Below are positions 1-20,281 of a stretch of 64,000 bases of DNA, one piece after another. The notes below the pieces were generated by a model. It made no database searches and was not told where the DNA came from. It saw nothing but the letters and a program-made list of their open reading frames with translations. A program made the translations under genes and the position numbers. The stretch is from Antechinus flavipes. Taxonomy: Eukaryota. How positions within the stretch are numbered: the stretch's first letter is position 1; each line of letters begins with the position of its first letter. The stretch is from positions 724,284,001 through 724,348,000 of the forward strand of contig NC_067398.1 of assembly GCF_016432865.1 (NCBI RefSeq), read 5' to 3'.

Positions 1-2633
1 ATCAATCTGATTCCTATGTTTCTCCCCACTAGGCTCCCCCCACTCCTCTTTCCTGTGATAGTATCTGGAGTTATCATATAAGCAGGTCATTTCATCAACT
101 TTCTCTCTCATTACACCAATAGCTGTTCAATCAGTAAGTCACAGTGAATTGGGCCCTTCTTCTATACCAGGCCTTGGACAAAGTACTTGAGAGACCCAGA
201 AAGGCCAAAGCACAGGCTCCTTTCAAGGGGGTGACCAGGTGCATACTGGACCCCCAGGGAGCAGGTGTGAGGATCCCTGGCTTCCTTTGAGCTCAGCTTC
301 AAAGCCCCTCCCTTCTGTAAGGAGCTTTTTCCTGGTCCCTTTTAAGGCCAATGCTTCCTCCCCTCCTAACTCCCCTCACAGTCCCTGTGTTTTGTTTCAT
401 TTGTATGTTTCCATTTATAAGTTGTACCCTGATGTGTCCACCCTGTATAGATCCCCTAAGCTTTCTTCAGGGCAGCATCTGGGTTTTACCATGTTTATAT
501 CCTCAATGTTGAACACAGTGCCTGGCATCCAGCAGGCACTAAATAAGTGCTGGTTTTCCTGAGTCAGCTTAGTCCTGAGGGAAGCCTGGCAGATTGTATC
601 TCCTTGGAGACTTTATCTGAACCAGCATTACTGCTGACTTCCCTCTTCCCCCGCCGTCATTCACCCCAGCCCCGAAACATCCCCAGTCCAGATATCTTCT
701 CAGATATCCCCTACTCCAACCTCCCCCCTGTTCCTAATTTCCCTATCAAAGGCAGTGCTATCCTCCTACTCACCTAGACTTTTTAAATCTAGGAGTCATT
801 CTTGCTTTCTTACTCCCTCACTCCTCCTCTTCCCACAGTTAATCTGTTGCCAATTCACATCAACATCCACCCTCAGCCAGGGAGAAGCTCTAGGGACTTC
901 CCTGCCTGAGTCATTTCCCCCTTTGTCCCAGTGTCCAAGTCCCAAAACTAGGAAATGATGTTTTGCATTTTCCTTCCATGTTCCAGGCCAAGCTCATGGG
1001 ACCAAAGAAATTGGAGTTTCTTAAGAGCCTCATTTTACCTGCTTGAATGTTTCTCTTCCTGATCCAGGGGCACATATATATCTCTGTGTCATCAGCAAGG
1101 GACAGCAGGGACTCTGGGCTGACACAGGCTGTTATATTGGGCAAAAATCCATCATCATTTTCTTTCCATCACAATTCTGGGCAGGACTGATTATGAAGTG
1201 GCAAGTTGATAACAGACCCATGGTCTAGAAGACTTGTGGTCTTGATGTTCTCACACTTGTAATATTTCTGCAGTCCTTGAAGGCTTGCAAAGAGCTGGAT
1301 GTATTATCACAGGTGATCCACAATCACCTCTGTGAAGTAGGAGCTAGCATTGTCTCCATGTCATGGATGGGGAAAGTCTCAGAGCTAGTAAGTGTTTGAA
1401 GTAAGTTCTAATCTGAGTTTTTTCTAACTCCCATTTTAAAACCTTTATCCCTGATTCCTCCTCTCTGCATCTTGTGTTAACTTTGGGCTATGCAATCCCA
1501 CCCTGACAACTTGCAGCTCAGAGTGAGTCTAAGTGCTATCACTGGCCATGAATTACTTGGGAATCCCCTTGCCTTCCCACTCCCACTGCCCCATCCCAAT
1601 AACCGAGTATTAGAGATGTATAACAGTATCCCAGAGATGCAAGGACACTGCAAGGTCCTCCCTTTCACAGGACAGAAATCCCTCTTCATGAGGACTCTTC
1701 CATAGACAGGCAATTTCACTGGCCCCAGCAGCCCAACATAACCCCAGTGACTGTTCTTGAGAAGTAACCAATCTTGGAGGATTATAAGAAACTTCAAAAG
1801 GCATCCCACCTAATCTGTACTAGAAAGGGAATCCCAGCTTCAGAATCCCCTACACAATGTCAGCTTCCACTTAAAGGCTCAGTGAGGGATACCTCCCCAC
1901 CTCCTCCATTTTACCTCACCTCCTTGTATTTTAGATCAGCTCTAATTGTTGGGAGATTTTCTTCCTGTCATATTGAACTCTACCCTTTGCCACCTTGATC
2001 AGTCCTTCCTCTTCTTCCTTTCCATGATCAATCTTCAAACACTTAGAGACATCTTAAGACTCATGAAATTAAAATTTTCTTTTTGGGGCTGGATATGTTC
2101 CGTTTCTTCGATTAGTGGATCTATAATCTATAGCCCCTTAACATGTCGGCCATCTTCCATTATTCTTCCCCACCAGCCTTCCTGGAATGAAGGGGAATAC
2201 AGGAGGAAGAGTACTGGAGATTGATTTGGAATTAGCATGTAGTTGATTCTTTGTTGTGCCTATAACCCTTTACATGATCTCATTTGAGCTCCAACCCAAT
2301 GATGTGGCTTGTGCTGCATGTTGAACAGTTATTATATGTCCAGATTCCTTATGTTTTGTACCTGGTTTACAAGGGAAAGATTTCCTTTATAGAGCCTAAG
2401 ACTTTCAGCTTGATGGTGTTGAAGTTGAGGTCATACCTCCCATCCTCCCTGCTCTTAACACAGAGATTCTCTTCTTAACTCTACTTGTAGATTGCAATGC
2501 CTGAAGTGGCTCCCTAGAACATCTTGGGACCAGCTGACTCCTTGATCTTAGAAGAGGAGTCAAAAGGTGGGACTCTGGTGGATAGTCAAACATGGAGTCT
2601 ATTTATTCCAAATTCTCTCAGCCTTACATATCC
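1..2633 (+). repeat. Segmental duplication arm A (KZFP 3' flank), inverted copy of ~7630-10890 and direct copy of ~41000-42005
   Basis: Reverse complement of 130-200 matches 10730-10790. The 239..562(+) and 10355..10672(-) ORFs are paralogous. 2600-2633 matches 7630-7665 inverted. Homology runs off the left edge. Confidence 0.9.
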
Positions 2634-3038
2634 TTTTTTTTTTTGGTTTGTTTGCTTAGGACATTTAAATTTATTATTTTTATGTAATTTTTTTATATAG
2701 CTTTTTATTTACAAGATATATACATGGGTGATTTTTCAGCATTGACAATTGCAAAACCTTTTGTTCCAACTTTTCCCCTCCTTCCCCCCCACCCCCTTCC
2801 CCAGATGGCAGGTTGACCAATATATGTTAAATATGGTAAAGTATAAATTAAATACAATATATGTATACATGGCCAAACAGTTATTTTGCTGTACAAAAAG
2901 AATCAGACTTTGAAATAATGTACTATTAGTCTGTGAAGGAAATAAAAAATGCAGGTGGACAAAAATATACGGATTGAGAATTCTATACAATGGTTCATAG
3001 TCATCTCCTAGAGTTCTTTTACTGGGTGTAGCTGGTTT
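2634..3038 (-). mobile_element. L1 3' UTR fragment (older 3'-end type) with poly(T) tail
   Basis: T-rich tail then tatagctttttatttacaagatatatacatgggt...; same 3' end type as 50000-50330(+) and 53003-53165(-). Confidence 0.8.
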
Positions 3039-3039
3039 G

Positions 3040-3110
3040 GCAATTGTCAATAATGTAAAATTACCCATGCATATAACTTGTAAATAAAAAGCTATTTAAA
3101 AAAAAAAAAA
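3040..3110 (+). mobile_element. Very short L1 3' terminus with poly(A)
   Basis: gcaattgtcaataatgtaaaattacccatgcatataacttgtaaataaaaagctattt followed by A-run. Confidence 0.75.
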
Positions 3111-5689
3111 GATAATGGATTGAAGGCTAGTAGGGATTTCAAGGAATCTTCTAATTCCAATCACTTCATTTTTTCCAGGTAAAGAAACCAAATCTCAAAG
3201 TAATTATCTTGGCCAAAATCACACAAGGATTAAGTGACCAAGACAATTTCAAATCCATGTCCTGGCCAGAAGATTCTCCATTTCTGTGGTCATGGCAGTC
3301 AACTTTGCTTGACATTCATTAATTTGCTTTCCAACAATGAGGGTTGGTATCTCAATTAAATAGTGAGATTCAAATATAGAGTCTCTCTTATTTCCTCCAA
3401 TGTCATATCCCTCTTAAGTGCAATGAAACTGCTCACTCATCTTCCACATTTCTTCAGTCAGATGGTTTGAGGGAAAGATATATATAGTCCACTCTTAAGT
3501 TCTAAGATGTTCTCTGTCTCAAAATCTTTCCTCCCAAGATTAACCAGAATCTCAATAAAATGAATTATTCTAGTCTTAATTGCACCAGTCATCATCACCT
3601 CCATTTTACTGAATCATGGGAGAGCTCCACATAGGTGAGATATTATACAAGTCACACATGAGATTCAAAATCAATGAATTAGATTTGAAAGGGAATGTTA
3701 GAGTCCTTATCCCAGGCCATGCCTGTTTGTCTTTGTGGGATAAGCTCTTACCTAGCACTGAATTTTAGAGTAAGTCTTGGGTTCAAATCTTTACTCTATC
3801 ATTCACTTGTGAGAATGGGGGGAATTCTTTCTTTGGATTCCCATCATGAGGTACGAAAATTCCCATCATGAGGTACAAAAACTGATGCTAGTGGGACTAG
3901 TGATATCTGCCTTACTGGCTACTGTGATGAGCAAGTCAGTATGTCCTCTGCCATTTACCAAGTGTATGATCCTGGACAAGTCAGTTTCTCATTGCTAGGG
4001 ATGGAAATCCTAATAGCAGGCAGCACAGAATCCAAGCTAATGAGAATGCATGGAGAGGATTTGAGCAGGGTAGTCATTTTATCCCTGTACTTCAGGTCTG
4101 AAGACTCAGTAAAGCACTTTGCAAATAATGCTTATTCTGTTCCCTGCACTTAGCTCAGTGCTTAATGCTGGATAAAACCTTGTTTGTGGTCTAATTCACA
4201 GAAGGCACTGGGTACACCCACACAAAACAAACAACCATCTCCAGTCTCAAGAAGCTTTCATTTTCCTGCCATATGTAATATAAAAAAGGTAAGGCAAAGA
4301 TGATTAGAAAAGGAAAAAAGAATTGAACAAAACGGGTCCAGGAAGGTCAGTCCTGAAGCCTGGTGCTGTGGATAAAGAATGGGACCTCGAGTCAAGATTC
4401 AGACACTGTCACCCTGGCAAGTAAGTGACCTTTCTCCCTCAGTTTCCTTAACTTTACAATAGGAGTCATCATGGCACCTACCACAGTGTTACTTGAAGGA
4501 TCAAATTATTTTTGTAAAGCCATTAGCCCAGAGTCTAACACGTAGGAGGTGATTGAAAAATCCTTTTCTCTTTGCCCTAAGGCCATGAAAGGAAAGCTCA
4601 GGATGTTCAGAAGGGGAGGGGAGAAAGCTATGGCTTTCAAGTATGGAGAGTAGGAGGAAATGTCTTCTAGTTCAGTTTGGGAAGGGCTGCTGATGGAGGC
4701 TGGGAAATACAGTGAGCAGAAGACGGGCAAAGGTAAAGAGGCTGCAGACAAAACGTGAAGATGAAGGGCCCTGAGCAGCTGTAGGGTCTCTGTCTTAGGG
4801 AAATTGTGTCATTTTAGGAGCTCCTATTCCTTGACTTAGACTTAGAGGCCAGCTGTATCTCACCTACTCTCCCAGTCTGAAACACCCTCTCCTTCCTTTC
4901 TCTTCTGGGAATCCCTAGCTTTCTTTAAAGATGTTTAGGGGAAAAGGTCAGAAGCAAGCTACTTTTCCTGATTCATCAATAAGTTTGATGTGCATGTTTA
5001 TCTACACCTTTAATAACAGGATTCCATGGATACAGTGCTTTAAAAGTTACAAAGTGTGTAACATGATAAAAAAAAAAAAAAAAGATATATGGTTCAGTAC
5101 AAAATCCTAGTGTGTTATCTCAAGATATAGATTTTAAAAAATGGTATATGGCTCAGTCCAAAACCCTAAGGCACCTGAATGTTGACCACTTCCTAAGCTG
5201 CTATTAAACCATTCACAATCCCTCATGCAGCCACTATACTGTTCTAATTATTCCTATTTTATATTACTATTACCTCCCTCATCTTTCTTTCTTTCATGTT
5301 GGAAGCATGATGCTCTCAAAGTTGGTCTGGCTAATGGACCAGTGTATTTTGTTGAGGATCTCTTTATTGTTTGGACACATCACTGTCATTCACACTGACT
5401 TTCCCCTCCCCAATAGAGCTCCTGATTAATAATTAAATATTGTCAAGGAAAACCCATTTGCTACTTTTTAAAGTATTTTCCCCCTTTGCTTCTCGAGTCA
5501 ATCACCCCTCTCCTGAAGAAAAATGGTTCACCAACACAAACTGAAGGGCTCTTCCCATTCATTCTGTTTCATGGTTCCTTATCAATATTAAATAAATGTA
5601 TCAAGGAGAGGCTTCCTGAGAAAAGTACAGCTTCACTGCTTATATTGATGAGGTTCTCTCCATCAGGATTTCTATAACTGAGTTTAGTG

Positions 5690-7112
<1,423 letters not shown>

Positions 7113-7629
7113 CTGAAAGAAAAAACTGTAAAAATTCCTTTTTCTTTGACAAGTAAGGATCTATCTATATATCGCTTTCTCCAATATTCTGAGGTTACAA
7201 GCAATGTACATTGTTTTCTCCTGACCTGAAATAAATTCTTATGACTTCTGAAATTTACTTGAATTCATCATGCTTAGACTTCATATAATCCCATCATATT
7301 ATTTAGGTGAATACACCAAGATTGATGCGGACCATGTACAATCAATTGAAACACCCGACCATTGCTGGCTCTCCTGCACCAAAAATAACAGTTTAGCTTG
7401 AAAAGGTCCCTCCTACCCCCAAAAAATGTTCATCTGAAATAGCATATTTGGGAGAGAAGTCATGGGAGTGTGATCATTGGGTCTAAGGAAAAAAAGCTCC
7501 TACATAGATAATAATTACAACCTGTGCTATAATTAAAGCACAGTAATAACAAGTGGCAAAGAGATATCTACACACAATAGCGAGTTGTTTATGCGGTCCC
7601 GCATGTACAGTATGCTATAATTATATAAG

Positions 7630-10600
7630 GGCATTAGGGTATGTAAGACTGAGAGAATTTGGAATAAACAGATTCCATGTTTGACCATCCATGTGAGTCC
7701 TGCCTCTTTACTCCTCTTCTAAGACCAAGGACTGGGCCCAAGATCCTCCAGAGAGTTAGTCCAGACATTACAATCTACAAGTGTAGTTAAGAAGATGTTG
7801 AAAGAAGGAAAGATGGGAAATATGACCTAAAATTCAACACTATCAAGCTGAAAGTCTCATGCTCTATAAAGGAAATACCTTTCCCCTTTGAACCAGGTAC
7901 AAAACAATAAGGAATCTCTGGCCATATAATAACTGTTCAACAATCAGTGCACCCCACATCATTGGGTTGGGCTAAAATGAGATCATGTAAAGGATTATAG
8001 GCACAATATAGAATCAGCTACATGCTGATTCCAAATCAATCTTCGATGCTCTTCCTCCCCTTCATTCCAGGAAGGCCAGTGGGGAAGAGAGTTATTGAGG
8101 ATGGCCAACATATTAAGGGGCTGTAGATTATAGATCTGCTATTTGAAGGAATGGGACATATCCAGACCCAAAAAGAAAATTTTAATTTTATGAGGCATAA
8201 GATGTCTCCAAGTGTTTGAAGATTGATCATGGAAAGGTAGAAGAGGAAGAATTGATCAAGGTGGCAAAGGATAGAGTTCAATATGACAGGAAGAAAATCT
8301 CCCAACAATGAGAGCTGATCTAAAATGGAACGAGGTGAGGTAAAATGGAGGAGGTGGGGAGGTATCCCTCACTGAGCCTTTAAGTGGAAGCTGACCTTTC
8401 ATGTTGGTGAGTCTGAAACTAGGATTCGCATTATAATATAGATTAGGTTAGATACCTTTTGAAGATTCTTATAATCCCCAGATTGGTTACTTGTCAAGAA
8501 CAATCACTGGGGTCATGTTAGGCTACTGGAGACAGTGAAACTGCAGGTCTATAGAAGAGTCCTCATGAAGGGGGATTTCTGTGCTGTAAAAGGGTTGCAT
8601 CTGATGAGTTTGCAGTGCCTTTGCATCTCTGGTATTGTTATACATCTCTAATACTCAGTTATCGGGATGGGGCAGTGGAAATGGGAAGGCAAGGGGATTC
8701 CCAAGTAATTCATGGCCAGTGATAGCACTTAGAGAGAATCACTCTGAGCTGCAAGTTGTCAGAGTGAGACTGTATAGCCCAAGGTTAACACAAGATGCAG
8801 ATAGGAGGAATTGGGGATAAAAGTTTTAAAATGGGAGTTAGAAAAAGCTCAGATTAGATCTTTCTTCAGATACTTACTAGCTCTGAGACTTTCCCTATCC
8901 ATGACATGGGGACAACGCTAGCTCCTACTTCACAGAGGTGATTGTGGATCACCTGTGATAATACATCCAGCTCGTTTGTAGCAGCCCTGTTTGTAGTGGC
9001 TAGAAACTGGAAAATGAATGGATGCCCATCAATTGGAGAATGGCTGGATAAATTGTGGTATATGAATGTTATGGAATATTATTGCTCTGTAAGGAATGAC
9101 CAGCAGGATGAATACAGAGAGGCTTGGAGAGACCTACATGGACTGATGCTAAGTGAGATGAGCAGAACCAGGAGATCATTATACACTTCGACAACGATAT
9201 TGTATGAGGATGTATTCTGATGGAAGTGGATTTCTCTGACAAAGAGACTTAACTGAGTTTCATTGGAGAAATGATGGACAGAAACAGCTACACCCAAAGA
9301 AGGAATACTGGGAAATGAATGTGAACTATTTGCATTTTTGATTTTCTTCCCGAGTTATTTTTACCTTCTGAATCCAATTCTCCCTGTGCAACGGGAGAAC
9401 TGTTCGGTTCTGCAAATATGTATTGTATCTAGGATATACTGCAACATATTTAACATATATAAGACTGCTTGCCATCTTGGGGGGGGGGGGAGGAGGGAGG
9501 GAGGGGAAAAAACGAAACATAAGTGATTGCAAGGGATAATGTCGTGTAAAAATTATCCTGGCATGGATTCTGTCAATACAAAGTTATTATTAAATAAAAT
9601 AAAATTAAAAAAAAAAAAAGATAATACATCCAGCTCTTTGCAAACCTTCAAGGACTACAGAAATGTTACAAGTATGAAAACATCAAGACCTCAAGTATTC
9701 TAGGCGATGGGCCTGTTATCAACATGCCACTTCACAATCACTTCTGTCTGAAGCCCAGAATTGTGATGGAAAGAAAATGATGATGGATTTTTGCCCAACA
9801 TAACAGCCTGTGTCAGCCCAGAGTTCCTGCTGTCCCTTGCTGATGACACAGGGATATGCATGTGCCCCCAGATCAGGAGGAAAAACATTCAAACAGGTAA
9901 AATGAGCCTCTTAAGAAACTCCAATTTCTTTGGTTCCACAAGCTCAGCTTGGAACATGGAAGGAAAGTGCAAAACCTCATTTCCTACTTTTGGTTTTCCC
10001 CTTGGACACTGGTACATAGGGGGGAAATGACTCAGGCCGGGAAATCTCCAGAGCTTCTCCCTGATGTGAAGTGGCAACAGATTAACTGTGGGAAGGAGAG
10101 GAGTGAGGGGAGTGAGAAAGCAAGAATGACTCCTAGATTTAAAAAGCTTAGGTGAGTAGGAGGCAAGTACTGCCTTTGATGGGAAATTAGGAAGAAGGGG
10201 GAGATTGGAGTAGGGGATATCTGAGAAGAGGCCACTGGACTGGGGATGTTTGGGGGGAGTCAGCAGTAACTACTGGCTCAGGGATAGTCTCCAAGGAGAT
10301 GCAACCTGTCAGGCTTCCCCAGGACTTAGTTAATTCAGGAAAACCAGCACTTATTCAGTGCTTGCTGGATGAAGGCACTGTGTTCAATGCTGAGGATACA
10401 AAAAAAGGTAAACCCAGATGCTGCCCTGAAGAAAGCTTAGGGGATCTACACAGGGTGGATACATCAGAGTACAACCTAGAAATGGGAGCACACAAATGAA
10501 ACAAAGCACAGGGAGTGTGAGGGGGATTGGGAGGGGAGGAAGCATTGGCCTTAAAGAGGACCAGGAAAAGCTCCTTACAGAAAGGGGGGGGAGCATTGAA

Positions 10601-10890
10601 GCTGAGCCTCCAAGGAAGCCAGGGACCCTCTTGAGCTGCCTCACACCTGCTCCGTGGGGATCCAGTATGCACCTGGTCATCCCCTTGAAAGGAGCCTGTG
10701 CTTTGGCCTTTCTGAGTCTCTCAAGTACTTTGTCAAGGCCTGGTAGACAGGAAGGGCCTAATTCACTGTGACTTGGTGAATGAACAAATGTTGGGGTAAT
10801 GATAGAGAACAATGGAGAAATGACCTGAAAGAGGAAGGGGTGGGAGTTTTCTCCTCCCTTGTGGGGAGGAACACAGGGAGCGGATTGATT
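7630..10890 (-). repeat. Segmental duplication arm B (3' flank of G1), inverted relative to 1-2633
   Basis: Colinear reverse-complement similarity apart from the L1 insertion at 8974-9619; paralogous ORFs 8036..8308(-) vs 1946..2224(+) and 9791..10030(+) vs 911..1144(-). Confidence 0.9.
8974..9619 (+). mobile_element. 5'-truncated L1 (ORF2 end + 3' UTR + poly(A)) with 17-bp TSD
   Basis: TSD gataatacatccagctc at 8957-8973 and 9620-9636. ORF2 C-terminus FVAALFVVARNWKMNGCPSIGEWLDKLWYMNVMEYY. Empty site at 1292-1308 (minus) in arm A. Confidence 0.95.
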
Positions 10891-11269
10891 CTAGTAATCT
10901 GCTCCCTATAAATAGTGTTGCCCTTGACTCTACCCACTCAGTGGCTAATTCTCCTTTCTGCCTCCATGGATCTTCTCACGGGCCCCCTTCCATTCCACTG
11001 CCTTGTGTAGACCGTCCCGCTCACTCACCTGAACTTTGTATAGTCCCTCGTATTTGAATCTCCAGCCCCAAATCTCTGCCTATTCTACTTCATCCTCTAC
11101 AAGTCACTGATGTGATTTTCCTATAGCACAGGACAACTGTCCCACCCCACTACCCCTCTATTTGAAATTCTAGTGCTATTTCTGCTAGGATCAAATATTT
11201 GACTTTCAATGCTCTGAATAACCCTAAAATCTAATTTAAAAGCCATCCTTGTGTGAGCCTGAGAAGGCC

Positions 11270-11350
11270 TTATCTGGGCCTGGTTTCCTCATCTGAAAAA
11301 AGAGAAGGCTAGACTCCAGGGATTCCCTTCAACATCTAAGTCCATGACTT
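11270..11350 (-). mobile_element. MIR-family SINE remnant (paralog at ~40535-40620, +)
   Basis: gatgaggaaaccaggcccag core motif. Confidence 0.6.
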
Positions 11351-11924
11351 TATAATAATAACATGAGGGACCAGCCAACAAGAGCCCCATCTAAACAAAG
11401 ATTAACTGAAACAAGATGATCTCAGCAAAGAAAACGAGGAGGCAAAATATCAACTTTCTAAAGACCATGAAGTCATCCTCTATATTGACTTAGAAAACCA
11501 GTAGATTAACCAGTAGACATTTTTGTGTTTTATTGTGAATTTATTTTCTTAAATATTTTCAAATTATATTTTGAGGTGGATCAGTCCACTAGAGTGTTTT
11601 ACTTCAATGATCAAATTAATGAGGTTTTTCTCCATCAAGAGTTCTATAGTACTGAGGAGGTGCTTTGATTAGAGGGACTGCTTTCGCCCATTAAATTTAT
11701 TCCTAGGATTTCTCTCTGGCATGTATTCTCTTATGTCAACAAAGACCTGAATTCTGGGTGTAGGCTTTCCCACATTCGGTACATTTGGAGGCGTTCTCTT
11801 CAGTGTGAATTCTCTGATGTTGAGTTAGCATTGTGCTGCAGAAAAAGGCTTTTCCAGAATCAATGGATTTGAAAGATTTCTCTCCAGTGTGAATGCTGAA
11901 GTGTTGCATAAGATCTGACCTCTA

Positions 11925-17785
<5,861 letters not shown>

Positions 17786-17812
<27 letters not shown>

Positions 17813-17872
17813 AGGGGCCAGGATGGCTCTCCTCCCCCCTGCACGGGGTCTGTGGGGTCCTTGAAGGCTGAG
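17786..17872 (-). CDS. G1 exon 2 with start codon (ATG 17812-17810, MLLDIRSPQ)
   Basis: ttcctttctAG acceptor, cag|GTGAG donor; conserved in G2 (35298-35386) and G3 (61111-61201). Confidence 0.8.
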
Positions 17873-18066
17873 CTAGAAAGGAACAAGGAGCCATGAAAAA
17901 GGTTGGCCTGTTGCCCCTCCCAGTTCCCAAACCTCCCTCCGCTTTGGAAAAAGGCTCAGAGGAGAGGGTAGTGTGAAGAGTAAGAAGTGCAAAGGGAATA
18001 TGGGAGCCTCAGATCATCTGTCAGATGGAGGGATTTGGGGAACAGAAAAGGAAAGGGAAGAAAGAG

Positions 18067-19520
18067 TGTGTGGCTCAGAATGGTGAGTGATCACCATTTA
18101 TGAAAAAAGCTGGAGAGATCTCTAGGAGCAAAGCAAAAGTTTATTGTACATTCTGGAGAGAAGGGAGTCTCCCTCCCTTCCAGCAAGCAATAGGAAGGAG
18201 GAGGTAGCTTTTGGGACAGGTTTGACACTTTAAATAGTCCATAACATAAACACTCCTCCCGTCCCTGACCATCATCCTCACTGGCATTCTAAACTACCCA
18301 AGAAATTGAACTTGGCCATTAAATAAATACATAGTTGCCCGTGTCTGATTGAAGTAGGGAGAAAATAAAGTCATGGGAGGAGAGCAGGGAGGGGACTTAG
18401 GTATGTCCTTGAGTCAATGCCCAAGGACCTTCAGGCCTCTATTCCAAGAGGAGGAGATGAAGCCTTACTCGATTTTCAGAACTGTCTTGAGGGATCTCAC
18501 CTCATCTCGTTCAGTCCCTTCTTCTTTGTACCCCGAGATCTCTTCAAAGTTTTCTAATATAACTTCACATTCCCTAAGTCCTCATCCCTTTCTGGCTCCT
18601 GTCTGTCTTCCTGGGGCACTGGCTCCCACCCTTGTCCTTTTAGCACCAACAATCTAACAGACCCTTCAGCTTTCCCTTCACACCTAATCATTCTGAATAA
18701 TGACTTTTGGACTCTTCTAGTTATCAACCAGATCCCGGCCATAGCTGTCTGACTGGTGATTAGCTCTACAACTGCTTGAAGTCTAATTATCCATAGTCCG
18801 GCATATTCTACCTCCTCTGGATGAGCAGATTCTTGACTATTAACAAATTTCGTTTTTGGCGCACCCAGTCTTCCAGGCAGCCACACTTAGGCCAAATAGA
18901 GCCTCCACTAACACTGTTGCTACCCCAGGCAAAACGACAATACCTGAGCAGCTTTCTCTTGCTTTTTCCTTTATATGTTTGGCACTTTGTTACAATTACT
19001 TATCTCCCGAGGGGCTATCTCCCGGCATTTTCTGATCTTTTTTCCCCCATTGTTCTCTGGGAGGGATGGCCCGGATCCATCGAATCTGGATAGAATCTAA
19101 ATTCCAAAACGCCCAACATGTCAATTGTACCCACTTAATCTCAGTCACCCAAGAAGGCCGATGCTGTCCTGCCCAGAGCACCCCTCCAGAGTCTGTAACT
19201 GGACTCAAGGGGCTCACAGGGGGCTTACCGCTTTAAATAGTCCCTAATGCAAACACCTCTCCCCCACTGACCATGGTCCTCACTGGCTGACAGTCTCACA
19301 TTCTAAACTACCCAAGAAATTGAACTGGCCAATAAGTGCATAGTTGCCCGTGTCTGACGGAAGTAGGGAGAAAATGAAGTCCAGGGTGGAGAGCAGGGAG
19401 GGGACTTAGGTATGTCCTTGAGTCAATGCGCAAGGACCTTCAGGCCTACTCTAACCCAAGGAGATGAAGCCGTGCTCGATTTCTACCACTGTCTTGAGAC
19501 ATTTCACCTCATCCTGTTCA
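18067..19520 (-). mobile_element. Internally deleted class I (gamma-like, HERV-I-type gag) provirus in G1 intron 1, 4-bp TSD AGAG
   Basis: 5' LTR U3 19520->~19232 (TGAACAGG...), then leader, gag MA (...IWPKCGCLEDWVRQK) fused to env tail (IRLQAVVELITSQT), PPT aaagaagaagggac, 3' LTR 18513->18067 (TGAACGAG...CACA). AGAG at 18063-18066 and 19521-19524. Empty site in G2 (~34864) and G3 (~60058). Confidence 0.85.
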
Positions 19521-20281
19521 AGAGGAAATGGGAGAGAAAGAAAGCGGGAGTAGAGGAAAATGAAGGGGCAAAAAAAGAGGGGAGAAGGGAAGGGACAAAG
19601 AAAGGGAAAGGGAGCAGAAAGGAAGGAGGGGAGAGGTCCCCGCAGGATCGGGGAGCCTTTGCCCCATTTCACAGACCTCACAACTGAGGCAAGAAAGGGG
19701 GGAGAAGCCAGGTAGGGGTGGGCGTCCCAAGTGCCTCACCTTGTTGCGGATGCAGGACAGCGCTGCCGCACGCGCGGAACACAGCCTTGAGTGGCCTCCA
19801 GACGGCTCCGGGATAGAATATCTACAAGGAACTTCCTTGTCCGAAGTGTCGCTCACTGGGCTGGGGGCGCACCCATTGGCTGGCTGCCGGAGGCGGAGCG
19901 TTCTCAGACCCCCGCCCTTCTCGGTGGGCTGCAGTTGAGAAAGGGGGAATTCGCCCCTTTCACACACATACACTCCTTCCCGCCGCTCCTGAAACTTTAA
20001 GCCAATCAGAGGCGCCGCCGCTGCCGGTGTCCCGCCCCTGAGATACCCCTCCGGCGTCCCTTCACTCCTAGGAGTTTTTCTGGGAAGTCCAGCTCGCTGG
20101 GTTTTGGTCAGTGGTTCTCGGAGTGGCCCGAGGCTGAGTCTCGCGGGGAGGGCGGGGAAGGGAGGGGCGGGGAGGACGGCCCCCAGGAGTGAGGGGCGGA
20201 GCCACAGGGCCACGAGCCCAGGAATTTTCTATAATGGGCAGTTAAGGGATACAAATGTGTCTGATGAGCTTCGGTAGCGCA

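Noticed and set aside
2634-3110. Twin-priming (5'-inverted) L1
   Set aside because: Both segments contain the same 3' terminus, which twin priming does not produce; no enclosing TSD
3840-3880. Small tandem duplications (22-bp here; 20-bp at ~45156-45196)
   Set aside because: Ordinary slippage events with no context suggesting function
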